In this document: positions 29,956 to 39,071 of the stretch, in pieces
Layout: each line of letters begins with the position of its first letter
How positions within the stretch are numbered: position 1 is the first letter of the stretch
Assembly: GCA_045805205.1 (NCBI GenBank)
Contig: JBJMLR010000001.1
Span: forward strand, 120,677-184,676
Source of the DNA: Bacteroidia bacterium
GTDB lineage: Bacteria; Bacteroidota; Bacteroidia; 2-12-FULL-35-15
Direction of reading: 5' to 3'
DNA length: 64,000 nucleotides
Notes under the pieces: generated by a model
What the model was told of the DNA's origin: nothing
The model's input: the letters and a program-made list of their open reading frames with translations, nothing else
The model's database searches: none
Made by a program: the position numbers and the translations under genes

Positions 29956-30691
29956 GATGAAGCAACTACGGAATATACTCTGCGTCTTCCTGCTGATAAC
30001 AGTTCTTTTTTCCTGTAAGAAAGAGAACCGCTGCGATTGTTTCAAGCGGACCGGTGAGATCATTACCGTTACGAGGAGCGTGAATGCGTTTGACCGCCTG
30101 CAGGTAGAGCAGAATGTAAATGTGTTCATTACAGATGCTGCTGTACAGGAAGTAAAAGTAGAAGCAGGAAAAAATATCGAGCCGCTCATTGAAACCGTTG
30201 TGCAGGATGGAATACTGATCATCCGGAATCACAACCGCTGTAACTGGGCAAGGAGCTATGATAAGCCGTTGAATGTGTACATAAAAACTCCGGGTCTGAA
30301 ATATATCACTTCAGATGGAACAGGAAAGATCTCTTCTCAGAACACGATCGTCAAAGACACATTCGACATCCGGATCATGAATTCGGGAAATATTGAGCTT
30401 ACGGTGAACTCAGGGAAGGTCATTTCGCATATCTTTGGTGCCGGCGATCTTACGCTTCATGGAAGAACAGCGGAGCACGCCTGCAGTATCGGTGGCGCAT
30501 CCTTTCTTCACGCGGAGGATCTCGATACCGATTACACCTGGATCCAGAGCTATACGACCGGCAACAGCTATGTATTTGCAAGAAACTTGTTTATCTGCCG
30601 CATCGATGATCTCGGTGATATTCATTGCACCGGCCATCCGCCGAATGTTACCAAGACCTTCAACGGAAAAGGAAACCTTTATTTTGACTGA
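29927..30691 (+). CDS. DUF2807 / head-GIN-domain lipoprotein-like protein
   Basis: Signal peptide with Cys; repeated V..G.G beta-solenoid-like segments; weak assignment. Confidence 0.3.
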   Translation: MSLVLDTNYKMKQLRNILCVFLLITVLFSCKKENRCDCFKRTGEIITVTRSVNAFDRLQVEQNVNVFITDAAVQEVKVEAGKNIEPLIETVVQDGILIIRNHNRCNWARSYDKPLNVYIKTPGLKYITSDGTGKISSQNTIVKDTFDIRIMNSGNIELTVNSGKVISHIFGAGDLTLHGRTAEHACSIGGASFLHAEDLDTDYTWIQSYTTGNSYVFARNLFICRIDDLGDIHCTGHPPNVTKTFNGKGNLYFD

Positions 30692-30700
30692 TAAAAGAAG

Positions 30701-31417
30701 ATGAAGTGGAATAAAATAAAAGTACATTATCTGCTCAGGCTGGCGTTATTCTGGTTCGTGTTCTTTGCTTTATTCCGGGTGCTTTTTATTATCTATCACC
30801 ACGCCCGGATCCCTGACGGACAGCATTCTGAGACCAGCATGAGCTTTTTGTACGCATTGCGGCTCGACCTTGCTACCACCTGTGCATTAATGATCATTCC
30901 GTTTTTTTTATGGGCTCTTCAGCAGTTCAATAAGAACCGGATGATCCATCGTGTGAACCTGGTCTACAACTATTTTGTGATCTCGCTTGCAAGTATTCTC
31001 AGTATTTTCAATATCAAGCTGTACGGTGAATACGGTACCCTGATGAATTCCGAGGATCTGGTCTATCTTCTGTATCCAAAAGAAGCACAAGCTTTCCTTT
31101 CGTTGTGGTCCTTTTTTCTTTTGCTTGCGGCTTCGGCTTTCTTTGCATATCTCGGGATCCAATCTTATCGCAGGAACATCACCAGCTTTTCTGTACCCTA
31201 TGAAAATAAAAAGAGCCGCTTAGCTCAGCTGATCGTCATTTCAATCGCGCTGTTCCTGGGGCTCAGAGGCGGCATCCGTGCATTGCCTGTCAACCAGGAG
31301 GACAGCCATTATTCCGGTGTTCAGATCAACAACGATATTGCAACCAATAACTTATGGTATTTGGGGCACAGCATTTGCCACCGCAAGGACGAAATTATCA
31401 AAAATGAAACGCATTGA
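30701..31417 (+). CDS. membrane protein resembling the N-terminal transmembrane module of LTA-synthase/sulfatase family proteins (catalytic domain absent)
   Basis: About 5 TM helices, then LRGGIRALPVNQEDSHYSGVQINNDIATNNLWYL, resembling the post-TM linker of LtaS/MdoB-like proteins; protein ends at 238 aa. Confidence 0.3.
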   Translation: MKWNKIKVHYLLRLALFWFVFFALFRVLFIIYHHARIPDGQHSETSMSFLYALRLDLATTCALMIIPFFLWALQQFNKNRMIHRVNLVYNYFVISLASILSIFNIKLYGEYGTLMNSEDLVYLLYPKEAQAFLSLWSFFLLLAASAFFAYLGIQSYRRNITSFSVPYENKKSRLAQLIVISIALFLGLRGGIRALPVNQEDSHYSGVQINNDIATNNLWYLGHSICHRKDEIIKNETH

Positions 31418-32753
31418 ACTCCTGGTGATCGCTTTCCTGGTGATCTGTTCGACGGCTGCCGGACAGAAAAAGACCAGCTTGTGGAAAGCGCTGAATACTC
31501 CGGCTGCAAAAGATACTACTGCTGATGATTATTACACGGACAATGTGCTTCGCTATGATGATCATATCTATAAAAAAAATATCAGAACTGTCCAGCTGCG
31601 TGATGAAAGCTTCGAGCTGAGCCATGCGATCCTGAGCCTGGGATCGGAAGAAAAGCTGAAGCTGAGCTTCGATGATCTTGATGCCGATCTGAAAAACTAC
31701 AATTACACGATCATCCATTGCGATGCTAACTGGCAGCCTTCCGATATTATGCAGAATGAATACATCGATGGTTTCCTGGAAAACAACATCAACGATTATC
31801 GTTATTCTTTTAATACGCTCCAGAAGTACACTCATTACAATGTGAGCTTTCCGAACAGCTCCCTGCGCATTACCAAATCGGGAAATTACATTCTGAAGGT
31901 TTACCTGAACAGCAACCAGGAAGATCTCGTTTTAACGCGCCGTTTCATGGTGTTCGAAAGCAAGATCGGTATCGAATCAAAGGTAGATGCAGCAAGCATT
32001 ATCGAATACAGAACGTTTAAGCATGAGATCGATTTTAAGATCGATTATACCGGCTACGAGATCAAAAATCCATACTCCGATCTCCAGGTCGTGATCACAC
32101 AGAACGGGCGCTGGGACAATGCAAAGCGGAACTTAAAACCCGTATACGTGAAAGATATGCAGCTGGTGTATGACTATGATGAGGAGAATGTTTTTCCCGG
32201 CGGCAATGAATTCCGTTTTTTTGACATCAGGAGTGTCCGCTATCATTCGGATCACGTTTATGCTGTGAACATGGATAGCTCAGGATATCATGTGGAACTG
32301 GTATCGGATGAAAAGCGCAGCTTCAAACGCTACTATTCTCAACCGGATATGAATGGCGATTTTCTTATCAAGGTCCAGGAAGGAAATAACAGCGAAGTGG
32401 AAGCGGACTATTGCTACGTTTCATTTTTTCTTCCGTATGATGCAGGATTGACCGACGGCAATTTATATGTATTCGGGGCATTCAATGCCTGGCAATGCAA
32501 TACGGAAAATTTAATGCATTATGATGCGAAACGTTTCGGGTATACCTGTACACTTTATCTGAAGCAGGGGTATTATAATTATGAATATGTTTTTCTGAAA
32601 GACGGAGAAGCCGCTGCTGACGAAACACTGATAGAAGGAATGCATTATGAAACGGAGGACGATTATACGATCTATGTTTATCACCATGCGCCGGGGACTT
32701 TTTACGATCAGCTGATCGGGGTAAAGCGCCTTAACTCCATGAAGCAGTACTGA
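31404..32753 (+). CDS. secreted protein, DUF5103-like, hypothetical
   Basis: Start moved to MKRIELLVIAFLVICSTAAGQ signal peptide at 31404 (14-nt overlap with the upstream gene); Tyr-rich C-terminal half. Confidence 0.35.
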   Translation: MKRIELLVIAFLVICSTAAGQKKTSLWKALNTPAAKDTTADDYYTDNVLRYDDHIYKKNIRTVQLRDESFELSHAILSLGSEEKLKLSFDDLDADLKNYNYTIIHCDANWQPSDIMQNEYIDGFLENNINDYRYSFNTLQKYTHYNVSFPNSSLRITKSGNYILKVYLNSNQEDLVLTRRFMVFESKIGIESKVDAASIIEYRTFKHEIDFKIDYTGYEIKNPYSDLQVVITQNGRWDNAKRNLKPVYVKDMQLVYDYDEENVFPGGNEFRFFDIRSVRYHSDHVYAVNMDSSGYHVELVSDEKRSFKRYYSQPDMNGDFLIKVQEGNNSEVEADYCYVSFFLPYDAGLTDGNLYVFGAFNAWQCNTENLMHYDAKRFGYTCTLYLKQGYYNYEYVFLKDGEAAADETLIEGMHYETEDDYTIYVYHHAPGTFYDQLIGVKRLNSMKQY

Positions 32754-32963
32754 TCTGGCAGTTTTTTTGACAATTGAGGCGGAAGCCCGTTTTTACAGGG
32801 CGGACAGGTTAAAACGGCAGGCAACCATTCATTAAAAAAATGCGTCTTATTGCATAATTATCAGCCACTTAGTGTTGAAAACCTTTTGGCTTGATACTTG
32901 TTTATTGGGGGCCGGAATGATTAATATTGTACCAGTTAATCCAAACATTATAAACATATTGTT

Positions 32964-33359
32964 ATGGGAGCACAATCTACTCAGGTAACACACGGCATCA
33001 AGATCAGTGTGGAAACCAAATTTCAAAGTGAGCATTCTATTGCAGAGCATCGTCATTTCCTTTTTTCATATCGCATTACGATTGAGAACAACAGCGAATA
33101 CACCGTACAGCTTCTGTCGCGTCATTGGGATATCTATGATTCCAGCTCTGAGCACAGCGAAGTGGACGGAGAAGGAGTAGTGGGTGAGCAGCCGGTATTG
33201 GAACCCGGAGAATTATTTGAATATGAAAGCGCCTGCAGCCTCACTACCGATATGGGCAAAATGAGCGGACGCTACCTGATGGAAAGAAAAGTTGACAAGG
33301 CCCGCTTTTATGTAACGATCCCCGAATTTGAGCTGATCGTTCCGCAGCGACTGAATTGA
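32964..33359 (+). CDS. apaG: ApaG domain protein
   Basis: 131 aa; VQLLSRHWDIYD ... GEGVVGEQPVLEPGE is the ApaG/DUF525 signature. Confidence 0.85.
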   Translation: MGAQSTQVTHGIKISVETKFQSEHSIAEHRHFLFSYRITIENNSEYTVQLLSRHWDIYDSSSEHSEVDGEGVVGEQPVLEPGELFEYESACSLTTDMGKMSGRYLMERKVDKARFYVTIPEFELIVPQRLN

Positions 33360-33365
33360 TATAGA

Positions 33366-33393
33366 ATCCCCTTAAATCAAGGGGATTTTTTTT
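33366..33393. terminator. bidirectional hairpin terminator between apaG and the convergent NUDIX gene
   Basis: Perfect 9-bp stem aatcccctt / aaggggatt followed by a T8 run. Confidence 0.55.
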
Positions 33394-33402
33394 GGCCTGT
33401 TT

Positions 33403-33858
33403 TCAGGAGCTGTATTTTTCGCGCAGCATTCTCCCTACGATCTTGTCGATAGCAAGTGTGAAGTCATTTTCGGAAATTTCTTTCAAGGGAATCCAGCGGA
33501 ATGTCTGGACATACCGTTTATCATCTCCGAAATCAAAGACCTTATCCGTCGTTTTCAGCTGGAAAGTTGACACCGGTTTTACAGCGTAATAGATGCTGAT
33601 GATCTGGTGCGTCCTGTCGTATGCGGAAACCTGGAAATAATCAGTGGTATAGAAATGATCGGTCACTTCCACTTCATTCCCGGTTTCCTCAATAAATTCT
33701 CTTTTGATGCATTCCAGGGTGCCTTCCCCGAATTCCAATCCGCCGCCTGGAAATTTCGTGATGGGATTCCCTTTGATCAGCTCGTCGGTCACTAAAACCC
33801 TTTCCTTCTCATCAATGAGGATCCCGTATACGCGGATATTGAATTTATTCACTTGCAT
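33403..33858 (-). CDS. NUDIX hydrolase
   Basis: Nudix box KFPGGGLEFGEGTLECIKREFIEETG. Confidence 0.75.
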   Translation of the reverse strand: MQVNKFNIRVYGILIDEKERVLVTDELIKGNPITKFPGGGLEFGEGTLECIKREFIEETGNEVEVTDHFYTTDYFQVSAYDRTHQIISIYYAVKPVSTFQLKTTDKVFDFGDDKRYVQTFRWIPLKEISENDFTLAIDKIVGRMLREKYSS

Positions 33859-33917
33859 TCTGCTAATTTACTTGAGATTTTAAGAACAATAAAATATCTT
33901 TACGGAAAAGAGATCTG

Positions 33918-34565
33918 ATGCTTGCAAAAAAACTGAAACTCGGTGAAAATATGACCATCGTCACCATGAATGCACCGGCTGATTATAAAAAGTCGCTGGG
34001 TGCTTTGCCAAAGGGAACAAAGGTCACGGACAAACCGGCAAAAGCAAATGAGTTCATTCACATCTTTGTGAAGAATAAAGCAGAGCTGGAAAAAAATATT
34101 GCAAGAGCGGTGAAGCTCTCTGCCCCCGGCGGACTGATCTGGATCTCCTATCCGAAAGGAAGTTCAGGGATTCAGACCGATCTGACACGCGACAAAGGAT
34201 GGGACTGTCTGAAAGAGCTCAACATGGATTGGCTGTCGTTGATCTCCTTTGACGGGAACTGGAGCGCTTTTGCGATGAGAAACACACCGCCGAAAGGACA
34301 AAGCAGAGCTTCAAAAGATTATCACGCAAATCAGAATGCTTATGCAGATGCTAAAACGAAAACCGTAATTGTGCCCGAAGATCTTAAAGCTGCATTTCTG
34401 AAAAGTAAAAAGGCGCAATCGTTTTTTGATGCGCTCTCGTTTACAGGAAAAAAAGAATATGTGATGTGGATTGTTGGTGCAAAAAGAGAAGAAACAAGAT
34501 TCGAAAGAGTAAAAAAGACCATTGAAAAATTACTTCAGGGAAAGAAAAATCCGACGGAAAAATAA
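33918..34565 (+). CDS. YdeI/OmpD-associated family protein (DUF1905 N-domain plus C-terminal helical domain)
   Basis: C-terminus YVMWIVGAKREETRFERVKKTIEKLL resembles the OmdA-type domain. Confidence 0.4.
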   Translation: MLAKKLKLGENMTIVTMNAPADYKKSLGALPKGTKVTDKPAKANEFIHIFVKNKAELEKNIARAVKLSAPGGLIWISYPKGSSGIQTDLTRDKGWDCLKELNMDWLSLISFDGNWSAFAMRNTPPKGQSRASKDYHANQNAYADAKTKTVIVPEDLKAAFLKSKKAQSFFDALSFTGKKEYVMWIVGAKREETRFERVKKTIEKLLQGKKNPTEK

Positions 34566-34941
34566 TTTTGAGGAAGACAAAAGAACGGGCAGAACCGTGA
34601 TCCTGAATGTTTCGCTGGCTTGCTTCTTCTGGTTCTTATCGATCGTTATTGCCGGCTTGGGTGAGTATCCGTATAGTGCCTGGACCCTGGTCGGGATGTT
34701 CTTCCCGGGCATTCTATTCTACTGCATCCGCAAAGGAGCAAAGACCGTTACCAGCATTCTGTTAATTGCAAATTTTGCTTCGCTGTTTTATCCATTGCTG
34801 GCATTTGCATCCGTCGTTGCTAATTTTGCCATAGGTAAATGGGAAATAGCAGAGGTCATCTATTTGCTGGTAACCCTCACTGCGATCTATTTCTTCGTCC
34901 GAAGCTCGCTGAAGCTTTTTTCGGGGAACCTTAAAGCCTGA
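34522..34941 (+). CDS. hypothetical membrane protein
   Basis: 139 aa, about 4 TM helices; start uncertain. Confidence 0.3.
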   Translation: MKNYFRERKIRRKNNFEEDKRTGRTVILNVSLACFFWFLSIVIAGLGEYPYSAWTLVGMFFPGILFYCIRKGAKTVTSILLIANFASLFYPLLAFASVVANFAIGKWEIAEVIYLLVTLTAIYFFVRSSLKLFSGNLKA

Positions 34942-35638
34942 TCGCTCTCACCATTTCTCTTTTTCCGGGTGGTCCCGGTACTTTTTCAACTGTAAATCCT
35001 GCTCGCTTCATGCAGCGCTGTACTTCACCTTTTGAACAATAGGTAACAAGGACTCCGCCCAGGTTTGTAAGTGCAAAAATCTTAGCAAAAATTTCATCTG
35101 TCCACATTTCGGGCTGCACCCGCGGACCGAAGGCATCGAAATAGATGAGGTCGTATTTCCCGGTCAGCTTCACTTCCTGGAGACTTTCCTTGATCTTGTG
35201 CAGAACAAAATTACCGGGGAGCTTAATTTCTTTTTCCCATTCAGAGGAATGAATTGCTCCATATTTTTCATTCACTTCATCATGAGCGTCACTCTGAGCG
35301 GAGCCAGAAGGTGCATTATTCGTAAGCAATTCGCGATAATTCAAACTGTCGGTAATTTCCTGTTCCAGCGGATATGCTTCCAGTCCTGTATAGCGAATAT
35401 TAATATCCAGCTTTTCCGCTTCGATCCATGTCAGCAGCGCATTCAAACCGGTTCCCAGGCCGATTTCAAGAATGGAGATCTCCTTCATTCCTTTTTCGGT
35501 AAGATGATGCAATCCCATCTTAATAAAAACATGCAATGATTCCTGGATCGCGCCGTGTTTGGAATGATAGTTCTCGTCCAGTCCTTCCACATAAAGCGAA
35601 TGGGAGCCGTCGGCGGTGGTGATGAGTTTGCGTTGCAT
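34931..35638 (-). CDS. tRNA 5-methylaminomethyl-2-thiouridine methyltransferase domain protein (MnmC N-domain / MnmD-like, DUF752)
   Basis: 235 aa; EIGLGTGLN SAM motif; DAFGP ... PEMWT pattern of the MnmC methyltransferase half. Confidence 0.55.
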   Translation of the reverse strand: MQRKLITTADGSHSLYVEGLDENYHSKHGAIQESLHVFIKMGLHHLTEKGMKEISILEIGLGTGLNALLTWIEAEKLDINIRYTGLEAYPLEQEITDSLNYRELLTNNAPSGSAQSDAHDEVNEKYGAIHSSEWEKEIKLPGNFVLHKIKESLQEVKLTGKYDLIYFDAFGPRVQPEMWTDEIFAKIFALTNLGGVLVTYCSKGEVQRCMKRAGFTVEKVPGPPGKREMVRAIRL

Positions 35639-35651
35639 GGATAGAAATTAC

Positions 35652-35740
35652 CGTCATTGCGAATGAGTTCCTTAACGAACGAAGCAATCTCTTTTCGGAA
35701 TGAGATTGCTTCTCCGCCATGCGGCGGATCGCGATGACGG
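35652..35740. repeat. nested-hairpin intergenic repeat element, copy 1 of 3
   Basis: cgtcattgcga ... gaagcaatctc-ttttcggaat-gagattgcttc-tccgcc-atg-cggcgg-atcgcgatgacgg; outer and inner perfect stems; ~80% identical to elements at 42184 and 51384. Confidence 0.7.
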
Positions 35741-35749
35741 TTGAAAAAA

Positions 35750-37804
35750 TTATTTAGCCAGGATCTTGAATTCTGTTCTTCTGTTCAGCTGGCGCCCTTC
35801 GTCTGTATCATTGGTAGCGATCGGCTGCTCTTCACCGTAACCCACCGAGGTCAACCGGCCGGCGGAGATCCCTGCCTTTACGAGATAGTCAAGAACTGCT
35901 TTCGCACGGTTGTTCGACAGCGTTTTATTATAATCATCCGCACCCTTTGAATCCGTATGGCCCGAGATCTCGATCTTCAGGGATGGAACATCATTGAGCA
36001 GCTTGGTCAAACGTTCCAATTCATTGTTTGATTCCGGGCGAAGTGTTGCTTTGTCGAAATCAAAGAAGATGTTCTTAAGAACGATCTTGCTTCCCACCGC
36101 GATATTCTTCAATGCCACATCCTTTACGACTTCCTGGTAAGCGGCAGTGTTCGGGATGTCGAAGTTCTCGGAGTGGAAGAGGTAATTGTCTTTTTTTACA
36201 GCGATACCGTAGTTTCGTCCGGCAGGAAGAGAAACAAGATATTTCCCGGTGGAGCTGTTTGATGTAAAGCTGGCGATCACTTCGTTCTTCAGGTTATCCA
36301 CAATTTCAACTGTCGCTTCCAGGGGCTGTTTCGTCAATTCATCGGTGATCACTCCTTTCAGGATCGTCAGCTGAGCTTCTTTGATCGCAAGGGTTGGAGC
36401 GATGACGGTTTCTTTTACAGGAGCTGCCTGGCTTGCCAGAAGATTATCTTCGTTATTCTGGATCATCGGTTTTTCCTGTCCGAGGAATGTAACCATGTAA
36501 ATATCTTTTTCGCCGTATCCGTTTGGATTGAAGCAGGCATAGTACCCGTGTTTTCCGCTCGCATTTGTCACAAAGAAAACATCATCATCAGGTGTGTTCA
36601 CAGGATAACCGAGGTTTTCAGGCTCGCTCCAGGTTTTTGTCGTTACATCATAAACAGACTTGAAGATATCATATCCGCCCATACTCTTATGTCCCTTGGA
36701 GCTGAAATAAAGTGTTTTGCCATCGGGGTGCATGAACACGCCTTCTTCTGCGTACTGGGTATTGATCGTTGGACCGAGGTTCACTGCCTTTCCCCATTTT
36801 CCTTTTTCATCTTTGGTCGACATATAGATATCAAGATCTCCTAAGCTTCCTTCCGGCTTGTCGGAAACGAAATAAACCGATTTGCCGTCCGGGCTGTAAT
36901 AAGCAGAAGTTTCATGTCCATCGGTATTGATGTTCTTGTTCATGTGGTCAGGCTTACTCCACTTATCTCCTTTTAATTCGGATTCATAAAGATCTCCGCC
37001 ATGGTCTCCGATGTAGATCAGGAACTTTTGTCCGTCAGCGGAGAGTCCTGAGTTTGCATCGTGATTGTCGGTATTGATCGGCGGACCGATGTTTACGGCT
37101 GGCCCCCAGTGTCCGTCTTTGCGCAGCGACATATAAATATCTTCAAACGGTTCATTGATGTCTTCCGCAATTTTACCGCCGGTGGTATTGGGTCTGCGGG
37201 AAGTAAAATACATTACCGATTCATCGGCAGAAATTACCGCGCCGTATTCAGGATATTGCGTATTCACATCGGGGCCGATATTATCGATGAACACACGCAC
37301 CGGGTTCTTTACCATTTCTTTTCCGGTAAGGCACTGTGCTACGCGGTTGTTGATATCCGCTCCAAGCTCTGCTAACTCTTCTCCCTTCAGCGTTTGCTGG
37401 AAAGTCTGATATTCCTTGATCGCTTTATCCCACTGCATATCGAGATGATAGGCTCTTCCCATGAGGAAGTGGATCTGCGGATCAACAGCCGGGTTCAGCT
37501 GGATCGCTTTTTCGAGGAATGGGATTGATTTCAGTTTATAGCTTGAATACAGGTAACATTTCCCGATCTTATAATTCAATAATGCATTGTTCGGATTGAA
37601 TTTGTTTGCCGCCAGGTAGGGTTCTATGGCTTCCCTGTAATGAGATTCTGCCAGCGCAAAAAGTTCGTCTCCTTTTTCGAGATTTTTCTTCGCTTCTTTC
37701 AGCCCGTCTTTATCTTCCTTGAAGTTGTCTTTCGTGAATTCCACGTTTTGCGCAAACAGGTTTGCGGTAATAACGAAACTCAGTATTGTAAATATTTTTT
37801 TCAT
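35750..37804 (-). CDS. OmpA-family protein with N-terminal TPR and WD40-like/PD40 beta-propeller repeats
   Basis: C-terminal OmpA domain (ISGHTDSKGADDYNKTLSNNRAKAV ... NRRTEF); TolB-like PD40 repeats; signal peptide. Confidence 0.8.
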   Translation of the reverse strand: MKKIFTILSFVITANLFAQNVEFTKDNFKEDKDGLKEAKKNLEKGDELFALAESHYREAIEPYLAANKFNPNNALLNYKIGKCYLYSSYKLKSIPFLEKAIQLNPAVDPQIHFLMGRAYHLDMQWDKAIKEYQTFQQTLKGEELAELGADINNRVAQCLTGKEMVKNPVRVFIDNIGPDVNTQYPEYGAVISADESVMYFTSRRPNTTGGKIAEDINEPFEDIYMSLRKDGHWGPAVNIGPPINTDNHDANSGLSADGQKFLIYIGDHGGDLYESELKGDKWSKPDHMNKNINTDGHETSAYYSPDGKSVYFVSDKPEGSLGDLDIYMSTKDEKGKWGKAVNLGPTINTQYAEEGVFMHPDGKTLYFSSKGHKSMGGYDIFKSVYDVTTKTWSEPENLGYPVNTPDDDVFFVTNASGKHGYYACFNPNGYGEKDIYMVTFLGQEKPMIQNNEDNLLASQAAPVKETVIAPTLAIKEAQLTILKGVITDELTKQPLEATVEIVDNLKNEVIASFTSNSSTGKYLVSLPAGRNYGIAVKKDNYLFHSENFDIPNTAAYQEVVKDVALKNIAVGSKIVLKNIFFDFDKATLRPESNNELERLTKLLNDVPSLKIEISGHTDSKGADDYNKTLSNNRAKAVLDYLVKAGISAGRLTSVGYGEEQPIATNDTDEGRQLNRRTEFKILAK

Positions 37805-37878
37805 AATGTTCTATCTGAAATATTACATCTTACATTTTACTTTTTTCATCTTACGTATTACATCTTACGTATTATGTA

Positions 37879-38967
37879 TCAATGACAATCGCCGGTATAG
37901 TTTCGCGCAGCTTCCACGCCCATCTGTGCCGCTTTGTTCCAGTCGTCACAAGCTCCTTTAGTATCTCTCAGCATTTCCTCTGCGATTCCGCGGTTCAGAT
38001 ATGCTTCACCGTAAGATGAATTGAGCTGGATCGCTTTACTGCAATCATCGATCGCACCCCGGTAGTCCTTCATTTTGTATTTCGCTACAGCGCGGTTATT
38101 GTATGCAAATGCATAATCTGATTTTAGCTGGATCGCTTTATTGAAATCATCGATCGCACCGCTGAAATCTGCATTGTCGATCTTTGCGCTTCCGCGGTTA
38201 TTGTAAGCAACATAGTAATCTTTCTTCTGGTTGATCGCTTCTGTGTAATCGCTGATAGCGCCTCTGAAATCGCCCTGTTTGCGTTTTGCGCTGGCAAGGT
38301 TATTATAAGCGAATGCCATTTCCGAGTTTGCCACGAGTGCTTTGTTGTAGTCTGAAATAGCGCCTTTTATATCATCGAGCTGGCGCTTCGCGCTTCCGCG
38401 GTCATTGTATGCATAGGCATAATCCGGTTTGATCGTGATGGCTTTTGTAAAATCATCGATCGCTCCTTTATAGTCTTTATTTTCAAATTTTACTCCGCCG
38501 CGGTAGTAATACGCTTGCGCATAATCAGGCTTTATCTCCGTGGTTTTGGTGTAGTCGGCAACTGCGTCATCCTTTTTACCCAATGCGTACTTGGCTTGTC
38601 CGCGGCTGAAATAGCTGTCCGCGGTTTCAGCCAATGTGAGCGCTTTATCGAAGTCAGCAATCGCACCATTATAGTCTTTCATCTCAAATTTCGTTGTTCC
38701 GCGGTTGTAGTAGGCGCGTTCAAAATCCGGTTTCAGGGAAATGGCCTGGTTAAAATCGTTCAGGGCTCCGCTGAAATTCCTGGCTGCGAAATCCGAAATT
38801 CCGGTGTTATAGAATTTTTCAGCATCCTGCGAACCGTCATCCAGGATCTTCGCTTTAACAATGGAATCTGTTTGTGCATAGCCAAAGGCCGTAAGTACAC
38901 AACATGCCCCCACCAATAATTTTTTGAGATTCATAGTTTTATCTTTAGAATATGATAAATATAACAA
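37879..38967 (-). CDS. tetratricopeptide repeat protein, secreted
   Basis: About 9 consecutive 34-aa TPRs (A..YNNRG.AK....Y.GAI.D..KAI...P). Confidence 0.8.
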   Translation of the reverse strand: MLYLSYSKDKTMNLKKLLVGACCVLTAFGYAQTDSIVKAKILDDGSQDAEKFYNTGISDFAARNFSGALNDFNQAISLKPDFERAYYNRGTTKFEMKDYNGAIADFDKALTLAETADSYFSRGQAKYALGKKDDAVADYTKTTEIKPDYAQAYYYRGGVKFENKDYKGAIDDFTKAITIKPDYAYAYNDRGSAKRQLDDIKGAISDYNKALVANSEMAFAYNNLASAKRKQGDFRGAISDYTEAINQKKDYYVAYNNRGSAKIDNADFSGAIDDFNKAIQLKSDYAFAYNNRAVAKYKMKDYRGAIDDCSKAIQLNSSYGEAYLNRGIAEEMLRDTKGACDDWNKAAQMGVEAARNYTGDCH

Positions 38968-39071
38968 GTTTTTTTGATTATAAAAAAGACCGGTATTATC
39001 TGTAAAATAACATTGTCAAGTATTTTCCTGATACCAAACAATTTAGTTAAGTTTGTCATTCTCTAACATTT

